This document shows positions 37,774-50,060 of a stretch of 64,000 nucleotides of DNA, in pieces. Positions within the stretch are counted from its first letter, which is position 1. Every line of letters starts with the position of its first letter. Made by a program: the position numbers and the translations under genes. Source of the stretch: Rhodospirillaceae bacterium (GTDB taxonomy: Bacteria; Pseudomonadota; Alphaproteobacteria; UBA7985). The stretch is taken from contig JAYQIC010000009.1 in assembly GCA_038141425.1 (NCBI GenBank), forward strand, positions 51,775-115,774, given 5' to 3'. The notes beneath the pieces are model-generated. The model ran no database searches. It had not been told where the DNA came from and saw only the letters and a list, made by a program, of their open reading frames with translations.

Positions 37774-38998
37774 ATGAAACAGACCTGGCGCTGGTTCGGA
37801 CCCAAGGATCTGGTGACCGTCGATGACATGCGACAAGCCGGGGTTGAGGGCGTGGTGACGGCGCTCCATCACCGTCCGCCGGGTGCGGTGTGGACGCTCG
37901 ATGATATTCGCCAGCGACAGGCCGAAATGGCCACCATGGCCGACGGCAGCCCCTCGACCCTGCGCTGGGACGTGGTCGAGAGCCTGCCGGTTCCGAGGGC
38001 GATCAAGCAGCAACAGGGCGACTGGCGGGCGCATCTGGACGCCTATCGCCAGAGCCCCCTCGAAGCACTGGCGCAGGCCGGGATCGCGGTGGTCTGTTAC
38101 AACTTCATGCCCATCCTCGACTGGACCCGCACGGATCTGGCGCAGCCCCAGCCCACCAGGCGCTACCGCCATGGCTTTCGACGCGGTCGATTTCGCCGCC
38201 TACGATATTTTTATTCTTACACGGGATGGCGCCGAAGCCTCGTTCGAGCCTGAGATCGCCGAGGCCGCGCGGCAGCGCTTCACCGACATGGACGATGCGC
38301 GGCGGCAGGCGCTGGCCGAAACTGTAACCTTCGGCCTGCCGGGCGCGGCGCAGTCCTTCAGCCTGCAGGACGTGCGCGACCTGCTTGCGCTCTACGGCAT
38401 CTCAGCCGACCAGCTGCGCGCGCACTTCGTTGATTTTCTCGAAGCTGTGGTGCCGACCGCGGAGCGGCTGGGGCTGCGGCTGTGCTGTCACCCCGACGAT
38501 CCGCCGTTTCCGCTGTTGGGGTTGCCGCGGGTGGTCTCGACCGAGGCCGATTACGCGTCCTTCTGGACCGGGTCGACAGCCCGCAAACGGGGTGACGATG
38601 TGCAGCGGGTCGCTGGGGGTCAGGATGACAACGACCTGCCCGGGATGATGGATCGGCTGGGCGACCGAGTTCATTTCCTGCACCTGCGCAACGTCAGCAC
38701 GAAGGGGGCGGAGCAGGAGCAGGGGCTGTACCGCTCGTTCTTCGAAGACGAACACCTGTGCGGCAACACCGACATGGTGGCTTTGCTCGCCGCTGTTCAT
38801 CGCGAAGAGACCCGCCGCAGGGCTGCGGGCCGGGCCGACTGGTCGATCCCTGCGGCCGGACCACGGGCAGGACATCCTCGACGATCAGGGGCGGAACACC
38901 TTCGGCTATCCTCTCATCGGTCGGCTGAAAGGTTTGGCCGAACTGCGGAATCTGGACGGCGCTGGACCACCCCTGATCTCAGGGTCGGCAGCGGTTAA
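37774..38998 (+). CDS. uxuA: Mannonate dehydratase (frameshifted)
   Basis: [62 protein letters not shown]. Confidence 0.92.
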
Positions 38999-39219
38999 AC
39001 GACCCGCAAACCGCAGTGCACGCGCAGTTCTGCTTCTTTATTTATGAGATCACGAGTCAAAGCAGAAAATTGCAGTTTCAGACCTTCTAATATCAGACGT
39101 TTTCGGGTTAAGAGTAGAGCAGCTCCGGGTGTGGACCAAATGCGGTCCAGCGCCTGACGAGTTGGTGAAGGCTCGGGGAAGCCTTCGTCCAAATCGGATG
39201 AATGCTAAGGAGGAAAGGC

Positions 39220-40489
39220 ATGAAAATCCAAACCACTTTCGCACTGTTTGCGAGCGTTGTTGCAGCGGGCTTTGTCGCCCAGGCGGCACTGGCTGATGAA
39301 ATTGATTTCCTGTGCTGCAGGACCAGAACGAATGTGAAGTGATCGAGAGCATGGCTGCGGACTTTACCGCTGCTACCGGCCACACAGTCAAAACAACCAC
39401 CGTTGGTTACGACATCATTCGTAGACCAGCTGGAAAACCAGCTGCAGACCGATGCTGCGCCAGACGTTGCGCGTGTGACCAACCTCGGTGGCTTCAACAA
39501 GTACTACCTCGACCTCGCGCCTTACGTTGATGCGGTTTCTGGGAAGCAAAACTACTCTGCGACGCTGCGCTTGGTTCCGCGCACCGGGTGGTGAAGATCA
39601 GGGCATCTACGGCTGGATGACCCAGCTGACCGTGACCGGTCCATACGTCAACGTCACCATGTTCGACGACGCTGGTGTCGACATGCCGGAAGAGGGCGCG
39701 ACCTGGGATGACTGGATGGACGCTCTGCGTGAAGTCAAGGACACCCTTGGCATCTCCATCTGGCCTCGCAATGGACCGTACCGCTCACCGTTGGGCTGGT
39801 CCTGCGTTCTCCTACGGCGCTAAGTTCTTTGACGACGCCGGTGAGCCAATCCTCGTTGACGACGGCTTCGTTCCTTCGCTGAGACCTTTGTTGGTTGGCA
39901 CGAAGAAGGCCTGATGCCTGCTGATGGTTGGCCTGCTGGTTCTGGTACGCTTACCGTAACGCTGCGCCACTGTTCCTTGATGGTTCGGTTGCTATGCACA
40001 TGTCCGGTTCATGGATGATCGGTAACTACGCTAACAACATCACTGACTTTGAGTGGAAAGCTGTTCCGATCCCATGGTGCCGGCGGTTGTGGTGCTATGC
40101 CGGGCGGCGCTGGTCTGGTTGCCTTTGCAACCACCGACGTTCCTGAAGCATCCGCTCAGTTCATTAACTTCATGGCGCAGACCGAAAATGCTGAGAAGTT
40201 CGCAGCTTCAACTGCCAACATCACCGCCCACCAGGGCCTGCAGGCCACTGGCGTAGACTACCAGGGTGTTCCGGCAGCCGTTGCTGATGCTCTGTCCGTA
40301 TTCGCAGCCAACGCCGGCAAGTCCGCTGACTCCACGCCACAGGCTTACACCTTCCAAGGTTACGCCAAGAACTTCGCCATCTACGGCATTGTTCCTGACT
40401 ACATCACCAAGGCAATCAACGGTGAAATGTCGCTCGATGAAGCTCTGGCAGCCATCGACGCCGACGTTGCGGCGAAGATCGCTGAATAA
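39220..40489 (+). CDS. Sugar ABC transporter substrate-binding protein (heavily frameshifted)
   Basis: AGGAGG RBS; signal peptide MKIQTTFALFASVVAAGFVAQAALA; APDVARVTNLG, QLTVTGPYVN, MHMSGSW, MPGGAGLVAF. Confidence 0.85.
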
Positions 40490-40505
40490 CCGGTAAGTCA
40501 TGATC

Positions 40506-40544
40506 AAGGGGGCAGTGGCGATTCCGGTGCTGTCCCCTTTTCTT
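40506..40544 (+). terminator. Hairpin (terminator or mRNA stabiliser) after the binding-protein gene
   Basis: AAGGGGGCAG…CTGTCCCCTT followed by TTCTT. Confidence 0.6.
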
Positions 40545-40591
40545 ATCTGTCCAGTTTTCCGGCCGTGATCATCCCAGGGAAGTGAAGCACT

Positions 40592-41655
40592 ATGATTGAA
40601 GCGCTGACCAATGCCTTCTCAGGCACGTTCTGGCCCTACGCGCTGGTCGCCTACGTTGATCGTTGGCTTCTTCGTCACCCGACCCACCGGCGGCTTTGGC
40701 TCGCGCGTAATGAGCGCGGTCGGCTGGCCCATCGAAGTACTGCAGAAGGCCACCGGCTCGCGCGTGCTTCCCTATATGTTTCTGATCCCGAACCTGCTGA
40801 TTTTCGGGCTCTATACATTCGCGCCGCTGTTCATCAACATCGGCTTCGCCGTCACGGATGGTCAAAGCATCAACTTCCCGAGCGTGAATTTCCGGCACCG
40901 ACAACTTCGAGCGCCTGACCTCTGACGTTCAGATCGATACCGGCGGTGAAACCGCGAAGATGACAAGTTTCAGCAGGCGGTCGCCGATACGATCATCTTC
41001 GTGATCTTTCAGGTGCCGATGATGATCCTGTTCGCGCTGGTCACCGCGCTGGTGCTGAACCGTGATATCCGGGGCAGGGCGTTCTGGCGCTCGGTGTTCT
41101 TTTACCCGGTGATGCTCAGCCCGGTGGTGGTGGGGCTTCCTGTGGACGCTGATCCTCAAGCGCACGGGCGTGCTGTCGCTGACCCTGATGAACTGGGGCA
41201 TCCTCGATGAACCAATCCAGTGGCTCTCGGATACCTCCTGGTCGATGTTCTGGTCCATCTTTGTCTACACGTGGGCGCACTTGGGCTTCTACATGCTGAT
41301 CCTGCTCGCCGGGCTGCAGGCCATTCCAAAGATCTCTATGAAGCCGCGAAAAATGGATGGAACGCCGGGTTGGCGCATGCTGTGGCGGATCACTCTGCCG
41401 CTGCTGATGCCGACGCTGCTGGTCGTCACCATTCTATCGATGATCAAAGCCTTCAGGCCTTCGAAGAACTCTACGCCATGCAGGTCCGCTGGATCTCTGT
41501 GGTGTTCCTACATCTTCGAAACTTCCGGCCTGCGGGTCAGCCGACAGCCCACGGTCTGGGGATCGCGGCAATGGCTTCGCTGCTCATCGCCATCGTGCTG
41601 ATGATCCTGTCGCTCCCTTCAACTCTGGCTGACCGCGCGTCAGACCCGGCTCTAG
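40592..41655 (+). CDS. Sugar ABC transporter permease 1 (frameshifted; end approximate)
   Basis: LPYMFLIPNL, FWRSVFFYPVMLSPVV, WAHLGFYMLILLAGLQAIP, EAA loop (LYEAA-MDG), ITLPLLMPT. Confidence 0.82.
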
Positions 41656-41669
41656 AGGGGGCGCGAACC

Positions 41670-43104
41670 ATGACAGCAGTCTGGCAATTCCTGAGCAGCA
41701 CCAAGGCAAGGGCGGTCGCCTCACCCTGGGCGACTGGCTGTCCTACAGCTATCTCGTCATCGGTTTCCTTTGTGATTTTCCTGCCGGTGATGTGGATCGT
41801 GCTGAACTCGTTCAAGTCAGCCTTCCAGCTGGATAAGCAGGATCTTTCGCTGCTGCCGACTGGACTTCGTCCGGGTGGCGCGGGCGACGGTGAATGATGA
41901 AGGCGGCAAAGACATCTTCATCATGAGCGATCTCCCGGATTGGGTGCTGAACTGGAAAGACCTTGAGGCCGAAGAACGCTCCAGCATGGACATTGACAGT
42001 TTTCTGCGCGGTACAGCGGTAATGAATTCTATGTGCTTCGCTCGCATCTGGGGCTTGGTCGATGGCCTGGCCCGTGAGCTGGTTGAAGAAGAACCTACCC
42101 GAATGGCTGCCGCGTTACAGCACCCTGCCATCAGCGTCCAAGGCAAATTTCGACGTTGATGCAGTTCTGGATTCCGTCAACACCAGAAGAAGCCGGCTGC
42201 TGGCCGAATGGATGGGGGTCAAGCCGTTCAAGGCCAACAAGCTGATCTCACAAATTCTGGTTACAGCACCGAACCCTAACACCGGGCATCGTGCTGCAGT
42301 GGGCTGTCAGCACAATCAACCCGATGAACGAAACAACCGCCCGCCGTTCTGGTGGGTGGGCGACGCGTCCAAAGTTGTCAAGCTCGACTGAAACGCTGGA
42401 AACGCGGCGTTCCCTGCGTCCTTCGTGGAGCAACTACGTCGACCCGCTGCAGAGCAATGCCAACAACATCAGCGTGAACTTCAACAGTTGCTACACCAAC
42501 TCGGTGCTGGTGACGATGATCGCGACGGTGATTACGCTGCTGATTAACTCGATGGCAGCCTTTGCGCTGGCGAAATACAAGTTCCGGGGTCAGAGAGCTG
42601 ATGTTCGTCATGATCCTTGCGACTTTGATGGTGCCGCCTGCGGTTACGCTGGTCGGGGTGTTCAAGATGATCACCATGACCGGGTTGTCTGGATCGATCT
42701 GGGGGTGATTATTCCCGGAGCGGCAACGCCCGCCGGGGTCTTTCTGCTGCGCCAGTACATGCTGACCATCCCTGAAGAGCTGATCGAAGCGGCCCGAATG
42801 GACGCGGCCAGCGAGTGGAAGGTCTACTGGAAGATCGTTCTGCCGCTGGCGCTGCCCGCGATCGCGGCGCTTGGGGATCCTGTCGGTCATCTGGCGCTGG
42901 AATGACCTGATCGTGCCCATGGTGGCGATTGCCACCGCCAAGGAAGCCTACACGATCCAGCTCTGTCTGCTCGAATTCCGGGGTGAGTTCTACGCCGCCG
43001 AACACTACCGGCTTGCCGTTGTCAGCCTGATCCCGACCACCTTGGTCTTTGTCTTCCTGCAGCGTTACATTACGACCGGCATTGCCAACACGGGGATGAA
43101 ATAG
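41670..43104 (+). CDS. Sugar ABC transporter permease 2 with a large extracytoplasmic insert (frameshifted)
   Basis: FLPVMWIVLNSFK…NSVLVTMIAT…AAFALAKYKFRG…FLLRQYMLTIPEELIEAARMD…WRWNDL…FLQRYITTGIA. Confidence 0.82.
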
Positions 43105-43110
43105 CGCACT

Positions 43111-44209
<1,099 letters not shown>

Positions 44210-44231
44210 GCCCCTTGCTCCGGACGGTACC

Positions 44232-44753
44232 ATGACCAATCCGGCTTTCCGCAAGACCAAGCGCTCCTTGCCCATTGCCCTGCTGCGCGCGCGCGAACAG
44301 GTGATGGAACCCATCCGCGCCATGCTCGCCGACAGCGGTGTGACGGAGCAGAAGTGGCGCGTGTTGCGGGTGCTCGAAGAGGCCGGTGAAATCGAGCCGA
44401 CCGTGATCGCGCGGGAGGCGTGCCTGCATCTGCCCAGCCTGTCCCGGATCCTCAAAACCATGGAGCAGGATGGACTTGTCCAGCGGCGGGAAGACGAGCA
44501 GGACCGGCGTAAGACGGTCATCGCCATATCCGAGGCCGGGCGCGCCATCCTCAGCGAGCACGCGGCGCAGTCTGCGGCCATCCTCGTCGATATCGAGCGC
44601 CGTCTGGGTGCGGAGAAGATCGAGGCTATGCTCGACCTGCTCGAAGAGCTGACGGACGATCCTGGAGGCCGTTGCACCACCCGAACCCTAGTGCACTCAA
44701 CCCTGCTACGAGGGACCGCTAGGACGATAGCGACGCCGGGTACATCCGGTTGA
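44232..44753 (+). CDS. hpaR: HpaR-type MarR regulator (C-terminus may be extended by an indel)
   Basis: TKRSLPIALLRAREQVM…GVTEQKWRVLRVL…PSLSRIL…DRRK. Confidence 0.85.
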   Translation: MTNPAFRKTKRSLPIALLRAREQVMEPIRAMLADSGVTEQKWRVLRVLEEAGEIEPTVIAREACLHLPSLSRILKTMEQDGLVQRREDEQDRRKTVIAISEAGRAILSEHAAQSAAILVDIERRLGAEKIEAMLDLLEELTDDPGGRCTTRTLVHSTLLRGTARTIATPGTSG

Positions 44754-46056
44754 GCGCCGCCAGCGCCTCCGCCTGCACCTGTGCATCGCTCAGGCGCTCC
44801 AGCGCATCGGCATCCGAGCCGCCGTGGAAGGCGACGAGGATCGGCACCCCGGTGCTCGGCATCAGGTTGACGAACTGGTTGAACCGTCCCGGCGCGGCGT
44901 CGTGCAGGATGCGCAGCACGCCGGGGTCCCAGAACGGGCGGTCGAACCTGAGGCAGACCTTGGACAGTAACCCCACGCCCATCCGATTGATCGCGTCCTG
45001 CTTCCCGTCGGGCAGGGCGGGGGCGAAGGTGATGCTTCCGGCCTTCAGCACGCCCAGCGGCACGGTCACCACCGCGGCATCAAAGCTGGCCGCCGTTGAG
45101 CCGTCTGCCGGCTGTGATGCCAACGCCAGCCGGGCCGCCGTGGTCAATACGGGTGACGGGCAGGCCAGTCAGGAGACGGTAGTTCCCGGCCAGCGCCGGG
45201 ATCAGCTGGTCATAGCCAGCGGGAATGACGGCATCCGGGCCACCGTACCAATCGCCCTCGGTATAGGCCTCGCGGCCGAGCTGGTGAGGGTCCGCGCCGA
45301 AGGCGTGCTGGACCTCGGCGATCTGGTAGAGCCAGTCCGGCCCGCTGTAGAGCCGGCGGCGCTCGCCCCGGGCATCGCGGAGCACGCCGCTGTCGTAGTT
45401 GGTGTTGACCCATTTCACGCCCCGACTGCGCGCGATGCGGCTGAGTGGATTGCCGCGCGTGCCGTGGATCCACGAAGCCCCAAGATCCAGCGGCAGCCCG
45501 AGGCTGCGGTCGGTGTGGACCCGGCCGCCCACGCGGTCCCGGGCCTCGATCACCGTCACCTCGTAGCCCGCTTCGCTGAGTGCTTGTGCGGCACCGAGGC
45601 CGGAAAAGCCCGCGCCGATGACGGCGACCCGTCCCTGCCTTGGCCCCTTGGCGGCGAGGCGCTCGGCGGCATCCCAGCCGGACTGCAGGGCGCCATGGAC
45701 CGTCGCCGGACAGTCGCGGTCGGTCGCTTCACCTGCGAAAAAGAGCTGGTCGCCGACCGGGCTGCCCAGCACCAGACGGTCACGGGCCCGGGCGTTTTTG
45801 GAAATGTAGGAATAGGCACCCAGCGCCCAGGGGTCGGCCCGCCAGCGGGTGAAAATCATCCCTTCCAACCGGGCCGATGCAGCGGGTGCTGGCGCTGCAA
45901 GGGCAGAGCCGGGCAGGGCGGCGGTCACGCCGCCCAGCCAAGCTGCAACGCCGCTGGCGCCCAGCAGGCCTCCACCACCAAGCAGGCGCAGATGCCCACG
46001 CCTGGACGTGGTTGTTTGTGGCTGAGCGCAGTAGAGCGGGTGGCTTTGGGCTTCAC
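44719..46056 (-). CDS. Flavin amine oxidase family protein, circularly permuted, with Tat signal (frameshifted)
   Basis: In-frame SRRGHL…ALA leader; TRWRADPW-GAYSY-LFFAGEAT-TVHGALQSG block precedes VIGAGFSGLGAA and EARDRVGGR; VTVPLGVLK and FDRPFW in ORF 44719..45147. Confidence 0.82.
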
Positions 46057-46179
46057 GGGATAGGGGTCCTGTTCCTTCGGGGGTATTCAGGCAAAACCAT
46101 GATCCCTGATTTTGCCATTTCTGCGGCGGGGCGTGCCGGGGAAAAGGCGATGGGGCAGGTCCGGAGCCTCCCTTCGCGG

Positions 46180-46219
46180 TTGACGCCCTGATGGTATTTG
46201 CTTAACATGTTAAGCAAAT
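46180..46219 (+). promoter_or_regulatory. hpa operon promoter overlapped by a perfect 24-bp palindrome (probable HpaR operator)
   Basis: TTGACG (46180)-N17-TAACAT (46203); ATTTGCTTAACATGTTAAGCAAAT at 46196-46219 equals its own reverse complement. Confidence 0.8.
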
Positions 46220-46230
46220 CAGGAGTGAGC

Positions 46231-46612
46231 ATGCCGCACCTTTCGATCCAGTATTCGCCCCAACTCGACCAGAGCCACGATATCAAGGCTTTGTGCGAGC
46301 AGCTGGGCGAGGTCATGGTCGAGACCGGTGTTTTCCCCCGCGCCGGGGTTCGGGTCCGTGCCTTTCCAGCGCACCATGAATTCGTCGCCGATGGCCATCC
46401 CGATAACGCTTTTGTCGCCATGCAGGCTTTTGTCGGCGCAGGCCGCAGCCTTGAAGACAAGCAAGGCGCCGGGCGCGCGATCTATGCCGTCGCCGAAGCC
46501 TTCTTCGCCGACCGGCTGGCTGGGGGGCATTTCCTGCTGTCGTTCGAGATATTCGAGAATGACCCGGCGCTCAGTTGGAAGCGCAACACCATCCTGCGGC
46601 TCGGCTCACTGA
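46231..46612 (+). CDS. hpaF: 5-carboxymethyl-2-hydroxymuconate isomerase (stop probably lost to an indel; end approximate)
   Basis: AGGAG RBS; N-terminal Pro (MPHLSIQYS); GVFPRAGVRVRA, ADGHPDNAF, GAGRS, SWKRNTI. Confidence 0.85.
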
Positions 46613-46662
46613 ACCAGCGTCCAAAGACCTCAGACCGCAAACCACAAACAACAGGCACAGCC

Positions 46663-48171
46663 ATGACCCTCGAAGACAACCTCGCCCGCGCGGAGGGCTA
46701 CCTACAGCAATTCAAGGCCCAGCCGATCCTGCACCGCATTGGCGGCAAGGACGTGGCGGCCAGCGATGGCCAGACGTTCGAAAGCCTGTCGCCGGTTGAC
46801 CTGTCGGTGCTGGCATCGGTGGCGCAGGGGACAGTCGAGGATATCGATGCGGCCTGTCAGGCGGCCAAGGATGCCTTTGCGGACTGGGCGGCAACCTCCG
46901 GCGCCGAGCGTCGAGCCATCCTGCACGCCATCGCCGACGGCATCGTTGCACGGAAGGAGGAGATTGCCTTCCTCGAGTGTCTGGATACCGGCCAGAGCCT
47001 GCGGTTCATGTCCAAGGCTGCGCTTCGGGCGGCGGACAACTTCCGTTTCTTCGCCGACCGTGCACCCGGCGCGCGCGACGGCCAATCGCTCTACGGCAAC
47101 AACCAGATCAACATGACCAACCGCGTACCGCTTGGCCCGGTCGGGGTGATCACGCCGTGGAACACGCCGTTCATGCTGTCGACCTGGAAGATCGCGCCCG
47201 CGCTGGCCTGCGGCTGTACGGTCGTGCACAAGCCCGCCGAGTTCTCACCGCTGACCGCCCGGCTGCTGGTCGAAATCGCCGAGGAAGCGGGCCTGCCCGC
47301 CGGGGTCTGGAACACCGTTAACGGCATGGGCGAGGTCGCGGGCAAGGCACTGACCGAGCACCCTGCCATCCGCGCCATCGGCTTTGTCGGCGAGAGCCGC
47401 ACGGGTTCGATGATCATGAAGCAGGCCGCCGACACCCTCAAGCGTGTGCACTTCGAGCTGGGGGGCAAGAACCCGGTGATCGTGTTCGAGGACGCCGATC
47501 TCGAGCGTGCGGCCGATGCGGCCGTATTCATGATCTACTCGCTCAACGGCGAGCGCTGCACTTCGTCCAGCCGCCTGCTGGTCCAGAACAGTATCCACGA
47601 CACGTTCATCGAAATGGTGGTCGAGCGCGCCAAGGGCATTCAGGTCGGCCATCCGCTCGACCCCAAGACCACCATCGGCCCGCTGATCCACCCCGTGCAC
47701 GAGAAAAAGGTGCTGGAGTACTTCCAGATTGCCCGCGACGAGGGCGCGACCGTCGCCCTGGGCGGGGAGAAGGTCGGCGAGGCCGGCTGTTATGTCGGTC
47801 CGACCCTGTTCACCAATGCCACCAATGACATGCGGATCGCGCAAGAAGAGATTTTCGGCCCGGTGCTCACGGCTATCGGCTTCGATACCGAAGAAGAGGC
47901 GCTGGCGCTGGCCAACGACACCCAATACGGCCTCACCGGCTATCTGTGGACGGCCGATGTTACCCGTGCGCTGCGATTTACCGACCGGCTCGACGCTGGC
48001 ATGATCTGGGTCAACTCCGAGAACCTGCGCCACCTGCCGACGCCCTTCGGCGGCAACAAGGCCTCGGGCATTGGCCGCGACGGGGGCGACTGGTCCTTCG
48101 ACTTCTACATGGAGACCAAGAACATTGCCTTCGCCACGTCTCAACACCGCATTCCGAAGCTCGGAGGCTGA
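46663..48171 (+). CDS. hpaE: 5-carboxymethyl-2-hydroxymuconate semialdehyde dehydrogenase
   Basis: ITPWNTPFMLSTWK, FELGGKNP, YSLNGERCT, QEEIFGP, RHLPTPFGG, HRIPKLG. Confidence 0.92.
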   Translation: MTLEDNLARAEGYLQQFKAQPILHRIGGKDVAASDGQTFESLSPVDLSVLASVAQGTVEDIDAACQAAKDAFADWAATSGAERRAILHAIADGIVARKEEIAFLECLDTGQSLRFMSKAALRAADNFRFFADRAPGARDGQSLYGNNQINMTNRVPLGPVGVITPWNTPFMLSTWKIAPALACGCTVVHKPAEFSPLTARLLVEIAEEAGLPAGVWNTVNGMGEVAGKALTEHPAIRAIGFVGESRTGSMIMKQAADTLKRVHFELGGKNPVIVFEDADLERAADAAVFMIYSLNGERCTSSSRLLVQNSIHDTFIEMVVERAKGIQVGHPLDPKTTIGPLIHPVHEKKVLEYFQIARDEGATVALGGEKVGEAGCYVGPTLFTNATNDMRIAQEEIFGPVLTAIGFDTEEEALALANDTQYGLTGYLWTADVTRALRFTDRLDAGMIWVNSENLRHLPTPFGGNKASGIGRDGGDWSFDFYMETKNIAFATSQHRIPKLGG

Positions 48172-48176
48172 GCCCC

Positions 48177-49157
48177 ATGCCCTTACCTGAGTTCAATCTC
48201 TACCCCGCCTTCAACACCATTCGGCTCAGCCATATCGAGCTGGTGGTCACGGATCTGGCCGCCAGCCGTCACTTCTACGTCGATACCCTCGGCCTGCAGG
48301 TCACCCACGAGGACTCGGACCAGATCTTCCTGCGTGCCATGGAAGAGCGCGGGCATCACTGCGTGATCCTCACCCGTGGGGAGACCCCCTGCGTGCGCTA
48401 CACGGCCTACAAGGTCTGGGACGACGCGGACCTCGACCGGGCGCAGGACTACTTCGAAGCCAAGGGCATCGAGACCAGCTGGGTCGAGCGGCCTTTTCAG
48501 GGACGGACGCTGCGGCTGCGGGATAACCACGGGGTGCCGATTGAGTTCTACCGCGACATGGAGCGCCTGCCGAACATCACCCAGAAATACGCGCTCTATC
48601 GCGGGGTTCGGCCGCTGCGCATCGACCATTTCAACGTCTTCTCCCCCAACGTCGACGAGAGCGTCGCCTTCTACAACGACTTCGGCTTCCGGACGACGGA
48701 GTACACCGAAGATGAGGAAACCGGCGCGCTCTGGGCCGCATGGTTACACCGTAAGGGCGGGGTCCACGATGTTGCCTTTACCAACGGCAAGGGACCGCGC
48801 ATGCACCATACGGCGTTCTGGGTGCCGACCCCGCTGGCGATCATCGATCTGCTCGATATCATGGCGACCACCGGCTACGTCGACAACATCGAGCGCGGGC
48901 CGGGGCGGCATGGCATCTCCAATGCTTTCTTCCTCTACGTGCTCGACCCCGATGGCCACCGGACCGAGATCTACTGCTCGGACTACCAGACGCTGGACCC
49001 GGACCATGAGCCGATCCGCTGGGACCTCAAGGACAAGCAGCGCCAGACCCTGTGGGGGGCGCCTGCGCCGCGGTCCTGGTTCGAGCATGGCATGCCTTTC
49101 GAGGGGCAGGCGGTGCGCGAGCCCGACCTGACCGCCAGCCCGATCATCGCACCCTGA
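48177..49157 (+). CDS. hpaD: Homoprotocatechuate 2,3-dioxygenase (VOC-fold extradiol type)
   Basis: RLSHIELVVTDL, RIDHFN, HRKGGVHD, GPRMHH, ERGPGRHGISNAFFLY, DPDGHRTEIY. Confidence 0.92.
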   Translation: MPLPEFNLYPAFNTIRLSHIELVVTDLAASRHFYVDTLGLQVTHEDSDQIFLRAMEERGHHCVILTRGETPCVRYTAYKVWDDADLDRAQDYFEAKGIETSWVERPFQGRTLRLRDNHGVPIEFYRDMERLPNITQKYALYRGVRPLRIDHFNVFSPNVDESVAFYNDFGFRTTEYTEDEETGALWAAWLHRKGGVHDVAFTNGKGPRMHHTAFWVPTPLAIIDLLDIMATTGYVDNIERGPGRHGISNAFFLYVLDPDGHRTEIYCSDYQTLDPDHEPIRWDLKDKQRQTLWGAPAPRSWFEHGMPFEGQAVREPDLTASPIIAP

Positions 49158-49193
49158 AACCACTCTCAGAAACCCGCAAGCCGGAAAGGCCCG

Positions 49194-50060
49194 ATGACCA
49201 TGCGCTACGTCTCCTTTGAAACGTCTCAAGGCCTACCCAAGTTCGGCGCCATGGTCGGGGATGACCACATCTGCGACCTGAGCGAGGGCGACTGGCTCGA
49301 CCTCAGCGATGTTGCCGAAGACGAGGCGTGGGATGCGCTGGCCGAGAGCGTGGACCCGGAACGCCGCGACTTCGCGGTGGCCGACGTGCGCATGCTGCCG
49401 CCGCTGACCCGGCCGGGCAAGATTCTGTGCGTTGGCGTCAACTATCCAGACCGGAATGCCGAATATAAGGACGGCTCGGGCGCGCCGCAGTTCATGTCGC
49501 TGTTTCCGCGCTTCATCGACGGTTTCAACGGGCCGGGCGAGAGCCTGATCCGCCCGCCGGAGAGCGAGCAGCTGGACTACGAGGGCGAGATCGTCATCGT
49601 CATCGGGCAGGGCGGTCGCCGCATCCCGGAGGCCGAGGCCTACGACCACATCGCGGCGGTAACGCTGTGCAATGAAGGCACGATCCGCGACTGGGTGCGC
49701 CACGCCAAGTTCAACGTGACGCAGGGCAAGAACTGGGACCGCTCGGCGGCCATGGGGCCGTGGCTCATGCCCTTCACCGGCCCCGAGATGATCCACGGCG
49801 TGACGCTGGAAACCCGCGTGAACGGGGAGGTGCGCCAGCACGATAACACGGCCAACATGATCTTCGGCTTTCCCAAGATCATCAACTACATCTCCACCTT
49901 TACCACCCTGCACCCCGGCGACATGATCGTCACCGGCACCCCGACCGGTGCTGGCGCGCGCTTTGACCCGCCGATCTGGCTGCGCCCGGGCGACGTGGTC
50001 GAGGTCGAAGTGCCGACCATCGGCACCCTGCGCAACGGGATCGAGGATGAAACCCCATGA
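49194..50060 (+). CDS. Fumarylacetoacetate hydrolase family protein (HpaG-like decarboxylase/isomerase)
   Basis: KILCVGVNY, LDYEGE, NEGTIRDW, GKNWD, TGTPTG; position within the hpa operon. Confidence 0.85.
   Translation: MTMRYVSFETSQGLPKFGAMVGDDHICDLSEGDWLDLSDVAEDEAWDALAESVDPERRDFAVADVRMLPPLTRPGKILCVGVNYPDRNAEYKDGSGAPQFMSLFPRFIDGFNGPGESLIRPPESEQLDYEGEIVIVIGQGGRRIPEAEAYDHIAAVTLCNEGTIRDWVRHAKFNVTQGKNWDRSAAMGPWLMPFTGPEMIHGVTLETRVNGEVRQHDNTANMIFGFPKIINYISTFTTLHPGDMIVTGTPTGAGARFDPPIWLRPGDVVEVEVPTIGTLRNGIEDETP

Noticed and set aside
46198-48171. Apparent 657-aa isomerase-dehydrogenase (HpaF-HpaE) fusion
   Set aside because: The joining segment (about 46,610-46,662) is A/C-rich like the hpaD downstream spacer, an out-of-frame TGA sits at 46610-46612 where the isomerase should end, and indels are pervasive. 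A lost stop is more likely; reads would settle it.
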